Shown here: in pieces, positions 1-9,370 of the stretch
How the letters are laid out: each line of letters begins with the position of its first letter
Numbering within the stretch: position 1 is the first letter of the stretch
IMG/VR virus record: IMGVR_UViG_3300028031_000003
Coordinates: 1-37,564 of that record
Direction: 5' to 3' (one strand)
Length of the DNA: 37,564 nt
DNA from: a virus
Position numbers and translations under genes: made by a program
The notes under the pieces: model-generated
Databases searched by the model: none
What the model saw: only the letters and a program-made list of their open reading frames with translations
What the model was told of the DNA's origin: nothing

Positions 1-127
1 GAGGAGTGCAAATAAATCCATATCAAATGCTGTCATAGAGACAGGAAAGGCTAAGTTAACAGATGTCATCTACATGGTTAATAATTTGCCTTATGCGGCT
101 GAGATTGAAAGAGGCAGTAGCAAGCAA
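1..127. repeat. Terminal direct repeat, identical to 37438..37564 (end overlap of a circular or circularly permuted genome; unique length 37,437 bp)
   Basis: Both ends read gaggagtgcaaataaatccatatcaaatgctgtcatagagacagg...gaaagaggcagtagcaagcaa. The CDS that starts at 37253 continues in frame into 1..202. Confidence 0.95.
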
Positions 128-202
128 GCACCTGCTGGAATGATAAGAGTAACCATTCTTGAATGGAAAAGATTGGTCGAAAGAAAGGCTAAGCAGCTAT
201 GA
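1..202 (+). CDS. C-terminal part of the same HK97 gp10-like protein (frame 2, stop TGA 200..202)
   Basis: Translation is ...SANKSISNAVIETGKAKLTDVIYMVNNLPYAAEIERGSSKQAPAGMIRVTILEWKRLVERKAKQL*. The RLRGNW and N-x-PYA-x-IE-x-G patterns are typical of the HK97 gp10 family. The stop overlaps the next ATG (ATGA). Confidence 0.75.
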   Translation, partial: RSANKSISNAVIETGKAKLTDVIYMVNNLPYAAEIERGSSKQAPAGMIRVTILEWKRLVERKAKQL

Positions 203-609
203 CCGTATTTTTTGATATTAATGCGGCATTAAACTCAAATTTATCAAGCATGGCCGGGCTTCCGGCTGTTGCTTGGCCGAATCAAAGCTTTGAGCCTGCC
301 GTTGGCACAATGTACATCCGGCCTACTTTTCTGCCTGCTGAGTCAGTCGTTGGTACGATAGGCGACGGTACAGATTTTAACTCTGGCATTTACCAGATTG
401 ATGTTTTCACGCCTGCGAGCGATAACACAAATGAATCAATGCTTATGCTCGACTTATTGGCTGATCAATTTAAGCGAGATAAAGATATTGTTTATAATTC
501 AAGAATAATTACAGTAAGAAGTGTGTCTCATCGAAATGTAGGCAATGTGGGTGGCTGGTACCATCAGTCATTAGACGTTATTTATTATTCTTATACGAGT
601 AAAAGGTAA
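199..609 (+). CDS. Tail terminator-like protein (gpU / DUF4128-like position and size)
   Basis: 136-aa ORF between the gp10-like gene and the major tail gene. It contains the segment GIYQIDVFTP and is translationally coupled upstream. Confidence 0.55.
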   Translation: MTVFFDINAALNSNLSSMAGLPAVAWPNQSFEPAVGTMYIRPTFLPAESVVGTIGDGTDFNSGIYQIDVFTPASDNTNESMLMLDLLADQFKRDKDIVYNSRIITVRSVSHRNVGNVGGWYHQSLDVIYYSYTSKR

Positions 610-613
610 AAAA

Positions 614-759
614 ATGAAGGCTATAAAGTTGTATTCACCCAATGGAAAAGCGTCGGTTATATGCGCCCAGATAGAATTGAATACATGAAGTCCAGAGGCT
701 GGACTGAACAGGCTAAAACTAAGGCTAAAACTAAGGCTAAAACTAAAAAGGTAAATTAA
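614..759 (+). CDS. Small lysine-tailed protein encoded in two overlapping frames (614..688 and 661..759); possible -1 shift at GGAAAAG
   Basis: An AAAAGG RBS precedes ATG 614 (MKAIKLYSPNGK...). The -1 frame is open from 628 and reads SVGYMRPDRIEYMKSRGWTEQAKTKAKTKAKTKKVN*. Neither piece alone has a convincing length, and the second piece has no convincing RBS. Confidence 0.35.
711..746 (+). repeat. Tandem repeat, 3 x 12 nt (ggctaaaactaa), encoding (AKTK)3
   Basis: Three exact consecutive copies read directly. It also creates the spurious minus-strand ORF 571..795 (SFSLSFSL...). Confidence 0.95.
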
Positions 760-760
760 A

Positions 761-1153
761 ATGGCAAATATTCGAGGAAATGATGGAGTAGTCAAAGTTG
801 GCGGGAATGTTGTTGCGGAAGTTCTTGATTTTAGCGTGGACGAAACTGCTAATACGATAGATGATACGACGCTTGGTGATACGTCTAGTACTCATAAATC
901 AGGCCTAAATAGCTGGACTGGTAGCATTAATTGCTATCTGGATGATACGGATACAAATGGGCAGGTAGCGCTTACAATAGGTGCATCTACGTCGTTGTCG
1001 TTGAATCCAGAAGGCACCACAACTGGCGATCTTGAATATACCGGTACAGCCACAATAACTGGAATTAGTCGAGCTATTTCAAATGATTCAATAGTTACTC
1101 AATCATTTACGTTTACAGGAAATGGCCCGCTCACTATTGGAGTTGTAGTCTAA
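761..1153 (+). CDS. Major tail (tube) protein, small TP901-1/GTA-like type
   Basis: 130 aa, rich in T, G and S (predicted beta), reading MANIRGNDGVVKVGGNVVAEVLDFSVDETANTIDDTTLGD..SWTGSINCY. It lies directly upstream of the chaperone pair and tape measure. Confidence 0.7.
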   Translation: MANIRGNDGVVKVGGNVVAEVLDFSVDETANTIDDTTLGDTSSTHKSGLNSWTGSINCYLDDTDTNGQVALTIGASTSLSLNPEGTTTGDLEYTGTATITGISRAISNDSIVTQSFTFTGNGPLTIGVVV

Positions 1154-1530
1154 TGGATATTGAAAGCTTATATACAGCAGACCGGCATAGCTCTGGCTGC
1201 AAAATGCGAGTTTTAGACGACCTTGGTAAAGAAACTGATTTTTATATAACTTTAGCCGGGCAAGATTCTGATATCTGGCTAGAGGCTAATAGAAAGCGGC
1301 AAAATATGCTTGTTTCTAGGGCGTTATCTAAAGATAAAGATGAGGATGATGAATCGGAAAAAGAGTTAATGGGAAATCTAAAATTAATCCTCGATGCAAC
1401 ATTAGATTGGTCTGGCGTTGATCAAGAATTTTCAAAAGAAGCTGCTCTTGTTTTGTATCAAAAGGCACCCTATATTTTAGACCAATGCACTGCATTTATT
1501 TACAATCGTGCAAATTTTACCATCAGTTAG
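1153..1530 (+). CDS. Tail assembly chaperone (gpG analogue)
   Basis: 125-aa acidic ORF between the tail tube and tape measure genes. A -1 frame ORF overlaps its 3' end. Confidence 0.7.
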   Translation: MDIESLYTADRHSSGCKMRVLDDLGKETDFYITLAGQDSDIWLEANRKRQNMLVSRALSKDKDEDDESEKELMGNLKLILDATLDWSGVDQEFSKEAALVLYQKAPYILDQCTAFIYNRANFTIS

Positions 1531-1853
1531 TTGGTGATTTATTTGATTACTGTAAGTGGATGTTTGAAGCTTACAGCTTTCAAAAAGGATTTAAAAAAAA
1601 CCGATTAACTGTTTTTAAAGAAATTGAAAGGCGCACAGGAATTGTTAGCGATTTCATAAAAAACAAGCCTGACTGTCCGGGCTGTTTTATTTATATTTGG
1701 AATACTTATAACCAAATATTAAACGGTTGCGACAAAGTCACATATTTAAATATAGATGCCTATTCAAGGCTATGTAAGTCAGATTTATCAAAAAATGAAG
1801 TAGATATTTTAATTGAAATTGAATTAATTAGGGTCAAAAATAATGCCAACTGA
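1153..1853 (+). CDS. Tail assembly chaperone frameshift product (gpGT analogue) via a -1 shift at 1512..1518
   Basis: The -1 frame is open from 1422 to 1853. The zero-frame codons gcA AAT TTT form a canonical X_XXY_YYZ heptamer 12 nt before the G stop. The shifted frame reads ...RANF-YHQLVGDLFDY... Confidence 0.6.
1512..1518 (+). promoter_or_regulatory. Putative -1 programmed frameshift slippery heptamer A_AAT_TTT
   Basis: The heptamer is in the correct phase relative to the 1153 frame and lies in the G/T overlap window. Confidence 0.55.
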
Positions 1854-3663
1854 TTTAGCCACCTTAGGCATAAAAATTGAAGCTTCTGATATAAAAAGAG
1901 CGATAAAGCAGCTTGATAAGCTTGAAAAAGAAGGCGCTAAGGCAGAGAGGTCTACTAAAAAACTTACCTCATCATTTAATTCTATGGGCACTGCAATAAC
2001 GGCTTTAGCTACTTCGTTATTGGTCAGAAGGTTAATTGGCACGGCAGCCGCTTTCGAGACCATGAAAGTTAGCTTAGAAACTGTCACTGGTAGTGCGGAA
2101 AAAGCGCAGATTGCGATGGACGGAATTAAACTTCTCGCTCAAAGCACCCCATTTTCAGTTCAAGAGCTAACCCAGTCATTCATCAAGCTAAAAGGCTTGG
2201 GTATAGCCCCTACAGAGTCATCTATGATAAGCTTTGGAAATACTTCATCTGCTATGGGTAAATCATTGAATGATATGATAGAGGCTGTTGCTGATGCTTC
2301 CACAAGTGAATTTGAGAGGCTGAAAGAGTTTGGCATTATAGCCAGAAAGCAGGGCGATCAAGTTAAGTTTACATTTCAAGGTGTTACCACGACAGTAAAA
2401 AACTCATCTAAAGACATAGTTGATTTTCTCGAGAACATAGGAAATACGAAGTTTGCGGGCGCCACGAAAAAACAAATGGATACAGTGGCCGGGTCATTCT
2501 CAAATGCTGGCGATGCTGTGGACAACTTAATAGATAAGTTGGGTGAGGGTGGCTTAAATACTGTTGTCAAAGAGCTTAATCTTGGATTTGCCAATCTAAT
2601 AAATAATATTTCAGAAGCATTTGACGATGATGCAAGCGTTAGAATTTTAGAAAAGCAAATAGACAACATAACCGAGAAAATTTTTAGACTTCAATCGGGC
2701 ATACAAGACCAGCAAGACAATAATTTTTTTGAAGATATATTTCTAGGCACTGAAAAAGGTGCATTGAATCAAATAAAATTATTTCAAGATCAGTTGGATG
2801 TTTTAACGGTTAAATTAGCTGCTGCTAAAAAAGCGACCGTTGCCGATCAGATAACGCAAGCCGGGGCTGATGGTAATGCAGGAAAAGCGCAAGAAAAGAT
2901 AGCTGCTAGACTAATAGAAGAGCAGTTAATAGCTGATGCAGTGGCTCAGCTTGGGTTGGCTAATCTAGCAGAATTCGAGGCAGAAAAGCTCGAAGCTCAG
3001 GCCGTAGCTGATGCGTTGGCGCTTAATGCTACAATAGATCAAGAGCAGTTAAAAATGGACGCGCTTGCATCAATGAGAGAGCAGGAGGCGCTTGCCACTT
3101 CGTTGGCTAGGCTTAATGAAGAGCAGCGAGAGCGTATACACCAAAGAGCAATGAAATCTATAATTATGGACTCGCTTGGAAATTTGTCATCTTTGATGAA
3201 TGCTCAAAGCAAAAAGTTATTTAATATAGGTAAAATAGCATCCTTATCCACGGCTGTGATAAAGGGGTATGAGTCAATAGTTAGTTCTTATGCTGCCGGT
3301 GCAAAAATTGGCGGCCCCCCCGTAGGCGCGGCTTTTGCTGCTACTGCTGGATTGGCTACGGCTGTTCAGATTCAGAACATTAGAAGCCAATCATTTGGCG
3401 GTGGCGGCAGTGTGTCAGCGCCTAGTGGCGGGGGTGGTGTCTCTGGAATATCCCCTCAAACGCCGACTGTGGCGCCTGCTTTAGGCTCTCAATCACAGCA
3501 ATTTGGTGGCTCATTTGTGGTAAATGTAAACGGCGGATTGGTCAATGAAGATTTCTTAATTGACGATTTATTACCAGCCATGAGAAATGCCATAGAGCAA
3601 AGAGATTTTACGCTAATAAGAAATACCTCGACAAACGGCCAAAATTTGAGAGAAGACATATAA
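1843..3663 (+). CDS. Tail tape measure protein
   Basis: 606 aa, with the TMP core-like segment FSVQELTQSFIKLKGLGIAPTESSMISFGNTSSAMGKSLNDMIEAVADASTSEFERLKEFGI, a long Ala/Gln/Glu coiled coil and a glycine-rich C-terminus. Confidence 0.9.
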   Translation: MPTDLATLGIKIEASDIKRAIKQLDKLEKEGAKAERSTKKLTSSFNSMGTAITALATSLLVRRLIGTAAAFETMKVSLETVTGSAEKAQIAMDGIKLLAQSTPFSVQELTQSFIKLKGLGIAPTESSMISFGNTSSAMGKSLNDMIEAVADASTSEFERLKEFGIIARKQGDQVKFTFQGVTTTVKNSSKDIVDFLENIGNTKFAGATKKQMDTVAGSFSNAGDAVDNLIDKLGEGGLNTVVKELNLGFANLINNISEAFDDDASVRILEKQIDNITEKIFRLQSGIQDQQDNNFFEDIFLGTEKGALNQIKLFQDQLDVLTVKLAAAKKATVADQITQAGADGNAGKAQEKIAARLIEEQLIADAVAQLGLANLAEFEAEKLEAQAVADALALNATIDQEQLKMDALASMREQEALATSLARLNEEQRERIHQRAMKSIIMDSLGNLSSLMNAQSKKLFNIGKIASLSTAVIKGYESIVSSYAAGAKIGGPPVGAAFAATAGLATAVQIQNIRSQSFGGGGSVSAPSGGGGVSGISPQTPTVAPALGSQSQQFGGSFVVNVNGGLVNEDFLIDDLLPAMRNAIEQRDFTLIRNTSTNGQNLREDI

Positions 3664-4691
3664 TGACTAGTGTTACATATACGGCAAAAAAAGGATTGAA
3701 GCTTTTTGGAAATGAGGTGGGTTCATTTCTTAATAATTCAAAGACATCTGATATAAGTGTGACTGAAAATAATTTGACAGAATTCGGGACAGTTTTAGAA
3801 TCGGCAGTTGATCAAGGCTCCGCTGTCTTTGGTTACAGTGGATTTAGTTCTGTTAACTATTTGAGCCAAGGGATTGAAAGCGCATTTGATTTTGGGTCTG
3901 GTGATTTTTCCATCTGTTGCTGGGTTAAATTTGGCTCTTCGACGACAGGAACTATATTTGATAGGTCTAATGGAGCGGATGATGCAAATAGAATAAATTT
4001 TTATATTCAAGGAACGACTCAAATTTTGCACCTCATTATTAATGGAACAGACGTTAGCAACGTTGGGTTTATTCCATTAAATGAATGGACATTTATTTGT
4101 GTAAAAAGAGAAAGCTCAATAATATCAGCCTATATAAATTCTAATATAGTTAACACGGTGGCATCAGCTTCCAGTGTATCTGGTTCTTTTTCTTCAAGAA
4201 TCGGATTAAATTTGCTAGGTTTGTCTGAATTTAATGGAAGTTTGTCAAATATAGAAATATTGCCAACAACTTTAAGTGACTCACAAATAAAGGAAAAATA
4301 TGATTCAGAAAGAGAAATGTTTAAGAAAAATTCTGTTTTCACTATATCAGGTGATGAATATAGTTTGGATATAGGTATAGATAAAGACGAAAGGACAGAG
4401 CTAGTTAAATCAAAGGCTCCTGTGTCTATTGGCGGAAGTCAAGAAACCGTATTGCAACGTGTCGATGTTTTTCATGAGATAAACATAAATAATGTGCCTA
4501 AAAATAGTTTGCCAATATATAGAAATTGGCTTCAATCTGTTAACTCTGGTGAGGTATTCACGATTGATATGGATGGTACTATAGCTTTGCCAGAAGACCC
4601 CGTATCAGTTATTTCAGATGGCGGGCATTCTGAGAATAGAGTGGGTACGCTTGATCTGTATAACATACCTGTTAAGCTGCGCGAAATATGA
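3663..4691 (+). CDS. Tail protein with an N-terminal LamG/concanavalin-like lectin domain (in the distal-tail-protein position)
   Basis: The segment GDFSICCWVKFGSSTTGTIFDRSNGADDANRINFYIQG...NEWTFICVKRESSIISAYINSNIV matches the Laminin_G_3 pattern. The gene lies immediately after the TMP (ATGA-type coupling). Confidence 0.6.
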   Translation: MTSVTYTAKKGLKLFGNEVGSFLNNSKTSDISVTENNLTEFGTVLESAVDQGSAVFGYSGFSSVNYLSQGIESAFDFGSGDFSICCWVKFGSSTTGTIFDRSNGADDANRINFYIQGTTQILHLIINGTDVSNVGFIPLNEWTFICVKRESSIISAYINSNIVNTVASASSVSGSFSSRIGLNLLGLSEFNGSLSNIEILPTTLSDSQIKEKYDSEREMFKKNSVFTISGDEYSLDIGIDKDERTELVKSKAPVSIGGSQETVLQRVDVFHEININNVPKNSLPIYRNWLQSVNSGEVFTIDMDGTIALPEDPVSVISDGGHSENRVGTLDLYNIPVKLREI

Positions 4692-7600
4692 GAATTGATA
4701 CGCCAGAGTTTGACCTACAGAATACAGCAAAGACAAAGAAGCCGCTTTATTTAATAAGAGTTTTTTTTGACGTAAAAGAAACTGATTTTGTTGAATTTAC
4801 ATCGCACGAAATAACTGAGAACTCACCAGGCGCTACAGTTATAAGAAATGTGATTAAAAAAATATCTGGCACTTCTCAGAAGATAACAAATAATTCTTCC
4901 ACTATCGGCAGCTTTTCGTTTTCTTTGGTGGATAAGAATTATCAAGTATCAGAGTTGATTAGAGATAAATTAAATGCCGGAGACGGCCTTAGGCGCAAGA
5001 CAGTTCAAGTTTTCTTAGGGTACCCTGATTTACTTTGGTCTAGTTATATCAAAGTTGGTACTTTTTTGATCGACAGCACATCATCATTAGATGGTGTTGT
5101 TTCTTTTTCTTGCTCGGATATCCAGAGAATTATTCGTGAGGATGTTTTTAGCCCGGAAAAGTCTTTTTTGGCCAAAACAGTCACGGCCACTCAACTTCAT
5201 ATTCCTGTTTCAACCGCCGATCTTTCTAAGTTTCCTAAAATTTTTCACGATTCAAGTTATTCGTCAAAGCCCAATGAATTGGTTGGCTATATTTTAATTG
5301 AAGACGAGGTTATTGCTCATTCTGGGTTATTTACCCATTCAACGGATGGGCCAAGCTTTCAAGTTTTTCCAAACAGCCGAGGCGCACTTAATTCAAAAGC
5401 TGTCGAGCATGTTTTTAATTCCGGCAAGCCAACTAGCCGACAATTAAAAATAACTGAGCATATATTTATTGAGGGCGCTGCACCTAAGGTAGCTTATCAA
5501 TTATTGACTGGGCACGTTGCTGAAAACCTGATTTTGCAGTCGGAAGATTTTACAACGACTTGGGGCGTTACTGGTGGCTCTGTCGCATCAAATTCGGGAA
5601 CGGCTCCAAATGGATTAGCGACATCTGACCGGCTTACTGTCTCAGTGGCTAACTCAGCGCATTACTTTAATCAATCTGCTGTTATACAGGCCAGTAAGAG
5701 CTACTGTGCGTCTGCTTTCGTAAAGAATGACGGGCAGCAATATTGTTTCATTACTTTGTGGCAATCTAATACAAATTATGTCAGTGCCGTTTTTGACTTA
5801 ACAGCTAAGACATTATTATCTAATAATATTTCTACCGCTACAGCCGGGAAAATCGGGATAATCGATCACGGTGATTGGGCCAGAATATACATAGTCGGAA
5901 ACTTGGGTGTTTTTGCATCTGCTTCAATCATTGTCGGGTCTGCTGGAAGTGCTGAGCCGACTTATGTGAATGGCACACCTTCATTTACTGGTGTGCTGGG
6001 TGAAGATTTATTTATTTGGGGTGCTCAGCTCTCACAAACTAATTATTTTGTACCTTACGTTTCCACTATTGCATCTGCTCAGAAAAAAGAAGTATTGCCA
6101 GATAATTGGAATTTAGGCGTGTCACATAAATTAGTTAGGCTGGATGATTACACTAGGCTGGGTGATGATGTTTGGAATCAATTTACAGGCCAAGGGCGAC
6201 ATCTAAGATTTGAGGGGCACAAAAAAACAGACGGTAAGCGATTTATTGAAAATCAAATTATGTCAGTGCTGTCGGCTTTTATGATTGTATACAGCAATGG
6301 GCAGATAGGTCTAAAAAGACAAGAGCCTATACTTTCAGATTCTAGTTATGTGAAAGAATTGGACGATACGAATATAGTTAAATATGGGAGCCTTCAAAAC
6401 AGTATGTCTGATGTGGTTAATCAGATTTTTGTCGATTGGAACTTTGTTTTTCAAAAAGATGATTACACTAAAACAAATGCGTTGATTGATTTAGATTCAA
6501 TTTCTGTTCATCAAGACGCGCCAATAAAGGAAATAAAATTCAGAGGAGTTCACACAGGCTCTCATACTGACAGTGATTTGTTGAATTATTTTGATTCAAC
6601 AAGAGACAGGCACAGCGGGCCACCACTAAAACTCCCTTTAACCGTTTTGCCTTCGCTAAATGTTTTAGAAGTTGGCGATGTTGTAAACGTAAAAACTAAA
6701 AATATAAGAGATTACAGCGTGTTGGGCGATGTAGAGCTTAATAGACCATTTGAAGTGCAACAAACATCTATTGATTGGCTGACCGGGGATGTAAAGCTTC
6801 AATTATTTGGCTCAGAAAGAAAGGCTGGCACACTGTCTAGGTCTTCTCTATCATCAGTTTTAGATGATGCTTTTTATGATGTTGGCACAGATTTGGCCAG
6901 TCTATTAACAATTACGGCAGGAGTAATGACGGCAGATGGGAATCTTGCCGGCGGCGATTCTATGGCGGATGCTATTTATAGGTATGACGGAAATCTGACA
7001 ATTCAAAATGGCGTAACATTAACAATAAATAAAAATGTTGAGCTTAGAATAAAAGGTCACTTGACCATTGATGGTAAAATTGATGGTAAAGGGAAAGGCC
7101 TACAGGGCGGCCTCGGAGGGACTTTATTTACAAAAACGGGCACAACTTTGAATGATGTTTTTGATCCAGCTAATGGTTTTGATTTTGAAACAAATGAAAC
7201 GCCGGGTAACCCAGGCTATCTGGGTGATGTTAAGGCTCCCGGCTCAGAGCGTATGAGTAAATTTTCAAATCAGAACTGGTACAATGCTAATAAAAAAATT
7301 GATAGGCTGGGAATTTTAATAAGAGGGAACGCATCATCTATTAATTTTTTCTCTTTAAAAAACAACGGCTCAAACATAAATGGACTACCGCTTAGTTTGG
7401 TTGGAACTAGCGGCAGTGGAGCTGGAGGCTGCCCAGAAACTTTGCTGCCAGAGACCAGCTCTTCTGGATTTGTTTTAAATCATTTTGGTGGAAATGCTGG
7501 AAATAGTGGAGCCGGTCTTCTGATTATTTGTCGATCTATGTCTTTTGGTGTTGTCGGAGATATTGATTTATCGGGCGATGATGGCTCACCCGGTATAAGC

Positions 7601-8845
7601 AAAAATGTGAATGGAACTAACTTTTTATTCCATTCTGGCGGAGGGCCGGGTGGGCACAATGGTGGTTTAGCCGTTTTTTTAGACGGAAACTCTACACCGC
7701 CAGAAATATCTAGCAATTTCACCGCTAGAGTAGGAGACTCTCCTATACCGGCAGGCGTTATATTTGAAGGAAAATGGGGCGGCCCTGAATACAATTATCC
7801 TAGGTCATATCCTTTTCCCGGAAGGAGCGCGGTTAATTCAAGCTACGTTTTACAGTACATCCCTGAAAACGAGGAAATCGATGAAGAAATTGATGCGCCT
7901 CCCCCAGATGTTTTGGATTTTACTGCGGGCACATCTGGAGCCACGGTGGTTTTCCGTTGGGTAGAAATCGAAGATATACTTCTTGATGGTTACGAAATAA
8001 GGTTTTCGCCCGATACCGTAAATGATTGGGATGCAGCCACAACATTGACAGCGGCTGCAAAAGGCACCAGAATAACAGACACAGCCATTAATGATGGTGA
8101 TTGGCGTTTTTACATCAAGGCAAAGCGGACAAACGGTATATATTCGCAAAATGCAGCTACATTTGATGCAACGGTAAGTAGCCCATTTGATGTTATTGTT
8201 AGTAATCAAGAAAACCCGCTGTGGTCGGGTGCAAAGACTAATTTTGTTGTGCACCATACTGGCAAGCTTGTGCCTCAGTCTCAAGATTTAGCTATTGACT
8301 CTGGGTGGGATACGTTTGATCTAGCTGTCGTTAACCCGTCCGATACGTCAAGCTACGAATCATCAGAGTTAGATATATCATTTGATGATTTGGTGAGAGT
8401 TTGGGATGAAGTCACCGGGGCTTTACTGCCCGGGCAAACAGGTGTAACGACTACAACTAATTTTCTTGATTATAGGCTAGACGCTGGCTCCTATGATGGT
8501 TTTGAAGTTTGGGGAGTTGGAGAGGTCAATGCAAGATTTATAAAATTTAAAGTTACATTAGACAATACAAAAGGTCTATCTTATTTAGACTCACAAAAAA
8601 TAACGGCTGATGTAATTGAAAGAATTGAATCACTTGATTCGCAAACTGTTGGGGTAGGAGGTACGACAATTAATTTTGCTAGAGCTTACCACTCTCCTCC
8701 GCATGTGACCGCCACCGTAACAGGCGGAGGAGCGCTATTTATAACAGCTTCTAATGTAACGACTTCTAGTTTAAAACTAGATATTTACGACACTACTAAT
8801 ACATCAGTTGGCGGTACTGCTAGCTGGAAATCTAAGGGAGTATAG
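4688..8845 (+). CDS. Large tail tip / host-specificity protein (gpJ / GTA-gp15-like), multidomain
   Basis: 1385 aa. It has a mid jelly-roll-like segment (NLILQSEDFTTTWGVTGGSVASNSGTAPNGLATSDRLTV), a glycine-rich beta-helix-like region and an FN3-like segment (PPPDVLDFTAGTSGATVVFRWVEIEDILLDGYEIRFSP...WRFYIKAKRTNGIYS). Confidence 0.8.
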   Translation: MRIDTPEFDLQNTAKTKKPLYLIRVFFDVKETDFVEFTSHEITENSPGATVIRNVIKKISGTSQKITNNSSTIGSFSFSLVDKNYQVSELIRDKLNAGDGLRRKTVQVFLGYPDLLWSSYIKVGTFLIDSTSSLDGVVSFSCSDIQRIIREDVFSPEKSFLAKTVTATQLHIPVSTADLSKFPKIFHDSSYSSKPNELVGYILIEDEVIAHSGLFTHSTDGPSFQVFPNSRGALNSKAVEHVFNSGKPTSRQLKITEHIFIEGAAPKVAYQLLTGHVAENLILQSEDFTTTWGVTGGSVASNSGTAPNGLATSDRLTVSVANSAHYFNQSAVIQASKSYCASAFVKNDGQQYCFITLWQSNTNYVSAVFDLTAKTLLSNNISTATAGKIGIIDHGDWARIYIVGNLGVFASASIIVGSAGSAEPTYVNGTPSFTGVLGEDLFIWGAQLSQTNYFVPYVSTIASAQKKEVLPDNWNLGVSHKLVRLDDYTRLGDDVWNQFTGQGRHLRFEGHKKTDGKRFIENQIMSVLSAFMIVYSNGQIGLKRQEPILSDSSYVKELDDTNIVKYGSLQNSMSDVVNQIFVDWNFVFQKDDYTKTNALIDLDSISVHQDAPIKEIKFRGVHTGSHTDSDLLNYFDSTRDRHSGPPLKLPLTVLPSLNVLEVGDVVNVKTKNIRDYSVLGDVELNRPFEVQQTSIDWLTGDVKLQLFGSERKAGTLSRSSLSSVLDDAFYDVGTDLASLLTITAGVMTADGNLAGGDSMADAIYRYDGNLTIQNGVTLTINKNVELRIKGHLTIDGKIDGKGKGLQGGLGGTLFTKTGTTLNDVFDPANGFDFETNETPGNPGYLGDVKAPGSERMSKFSNQNWYNANKKIDRLGILIRGNASSINFFSLKNNGSNINGLPLSLVGTSGSGAGGCPETLLPETSSSGFVLNHFGGNAGNSGAGLLIICRSMSFGVVGDIDLSGDDGSPGISKNVNGTNFLFHSGGGPGGHNGGLAVFLDGNSTPPEISSNFTARVGDSPIPAGVIFEGKWGGPEYNYPRSYPFPGRSAVNSSYVLQYIPENEEIDEEIDAPPPDVLDFTAGTSGATVVFRWVEIEDILLDGYEIRFSPDTVNDWDAATTLTAAAKGTRITDTAINDGDWRFYIKAKRTNGIYSQNAATFDATVSSPFDVIVSNQENPLWSGAKTNFVVHHTGKLVPQSQDLAIDSGWDTFDLAVVNPSDTSSYESSELDISFDDLVRVWDEVTGALLPGQTGVTTTTNFLDYRLDAGSYDGFEVWGVGEVNARFIKFKVTLDNTKGLSYLDSQKITADVIERIESLDSQTVGVGGTTINFARAYHSPPHVTATVTGGGALFITASNVTTSSLKLDIYDTTNTSVGGTASWKSKGV

Positions 8846-8846
8846 C

Positions 8847-9359
8847 GTGGCATTGCCTGATTTCACGACACAAGACAATACAACTTACAAAACGAATATA
8901 GATAGCACTGCCAGCGACCACAACAATAGACTAGATGGCAGCGTGTTGAGTGGTTCATTTTCTGGTAGACAAGGCTCTACTTTTACTTTTGACGACCACT
9001 TTAATTTAGACCAATTAATTGCCACTTCAGGATGGGTTACTTTGACGGGCGCGGCATTGACGGAATTGCAGAGAGTTGGTGCAAAAGTTGCTCATTTAAA
9101 AATAATAATGACAGCGGAGGAGTTTTCAGGCATAGAATCTGCGGGCACTCTATATCTAAGTAGCGTGGGCGGCGCTACTGCATTATCGATTGATAATATA
9201 GCATCAAAAGCCGCATCATCGGCCACGCTCAATGAGGTAAGGGTAAACGTAACCACTGCAAGTATTATGTTAAACTCAAGTCAAGAGTTTTTCTATTCTT
9301 ACGTTGAATCTGGTGGAAGTGCAAATGTGGTTATTTATTTAACCGGTTACGATATTTAG
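8847..9359 (+). CDS. Tail-associated hypothetical protein
   Basis: A GTG at 8847 lies 6 nt after the AAGGGAG RBS and just past the upstream TAG. The ATG at 8808 would overlap the upstream gene by 38 nt. Confidence 0.55.
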   Translation: MALPDFTTQDNTTYKTNIDSTASDHNNRLDGSVLSGSFSGRQGSTFTFDDHFNLDQLIATSGWVTLTGAALTELQRVGAKVAHLKIIMTAEEFSGIESAGTLYLSSVGGATALSIDNIASKAASSATLNEVRVNVTTASIMLNSSQEFFYSYVESGGSANVVIYLTGYDI

Positions 9360-9370
9360 GAAAAATAAAT

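Noticed and set aside
711-746. Tandem repeats at 711..746, 17964..18138 and 36383..36412, considered as a possible CRISPR array or iterons.
   Set aside because: The units are directly adjacent with no spacers, lie inside coding sequence, and are multiples of 3 nt. They are coding microsatellites or minisatellites, not CRISPR repeats.
571-795. Minus-strand ORF 571..795 (…SFSLSFSLSFSL…).
   Set aside because: It is an artefact of the 12-nt tandem repeat read on the opposite strand. It overlaps the starts and ends of well-supported plus-strand tail genes.
7480-8284. Minus-strand ORFs 7480..7794 and 7850..8284, and plus-strand ORF 7764..7964, inside the 1385-aa tail protein gene.
   Set aside because: They lie in the Gly/Pro-rich, GC-richer part of the gene, where off-frame stops are depleted. 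The main frame is continuous and domain-like across them.
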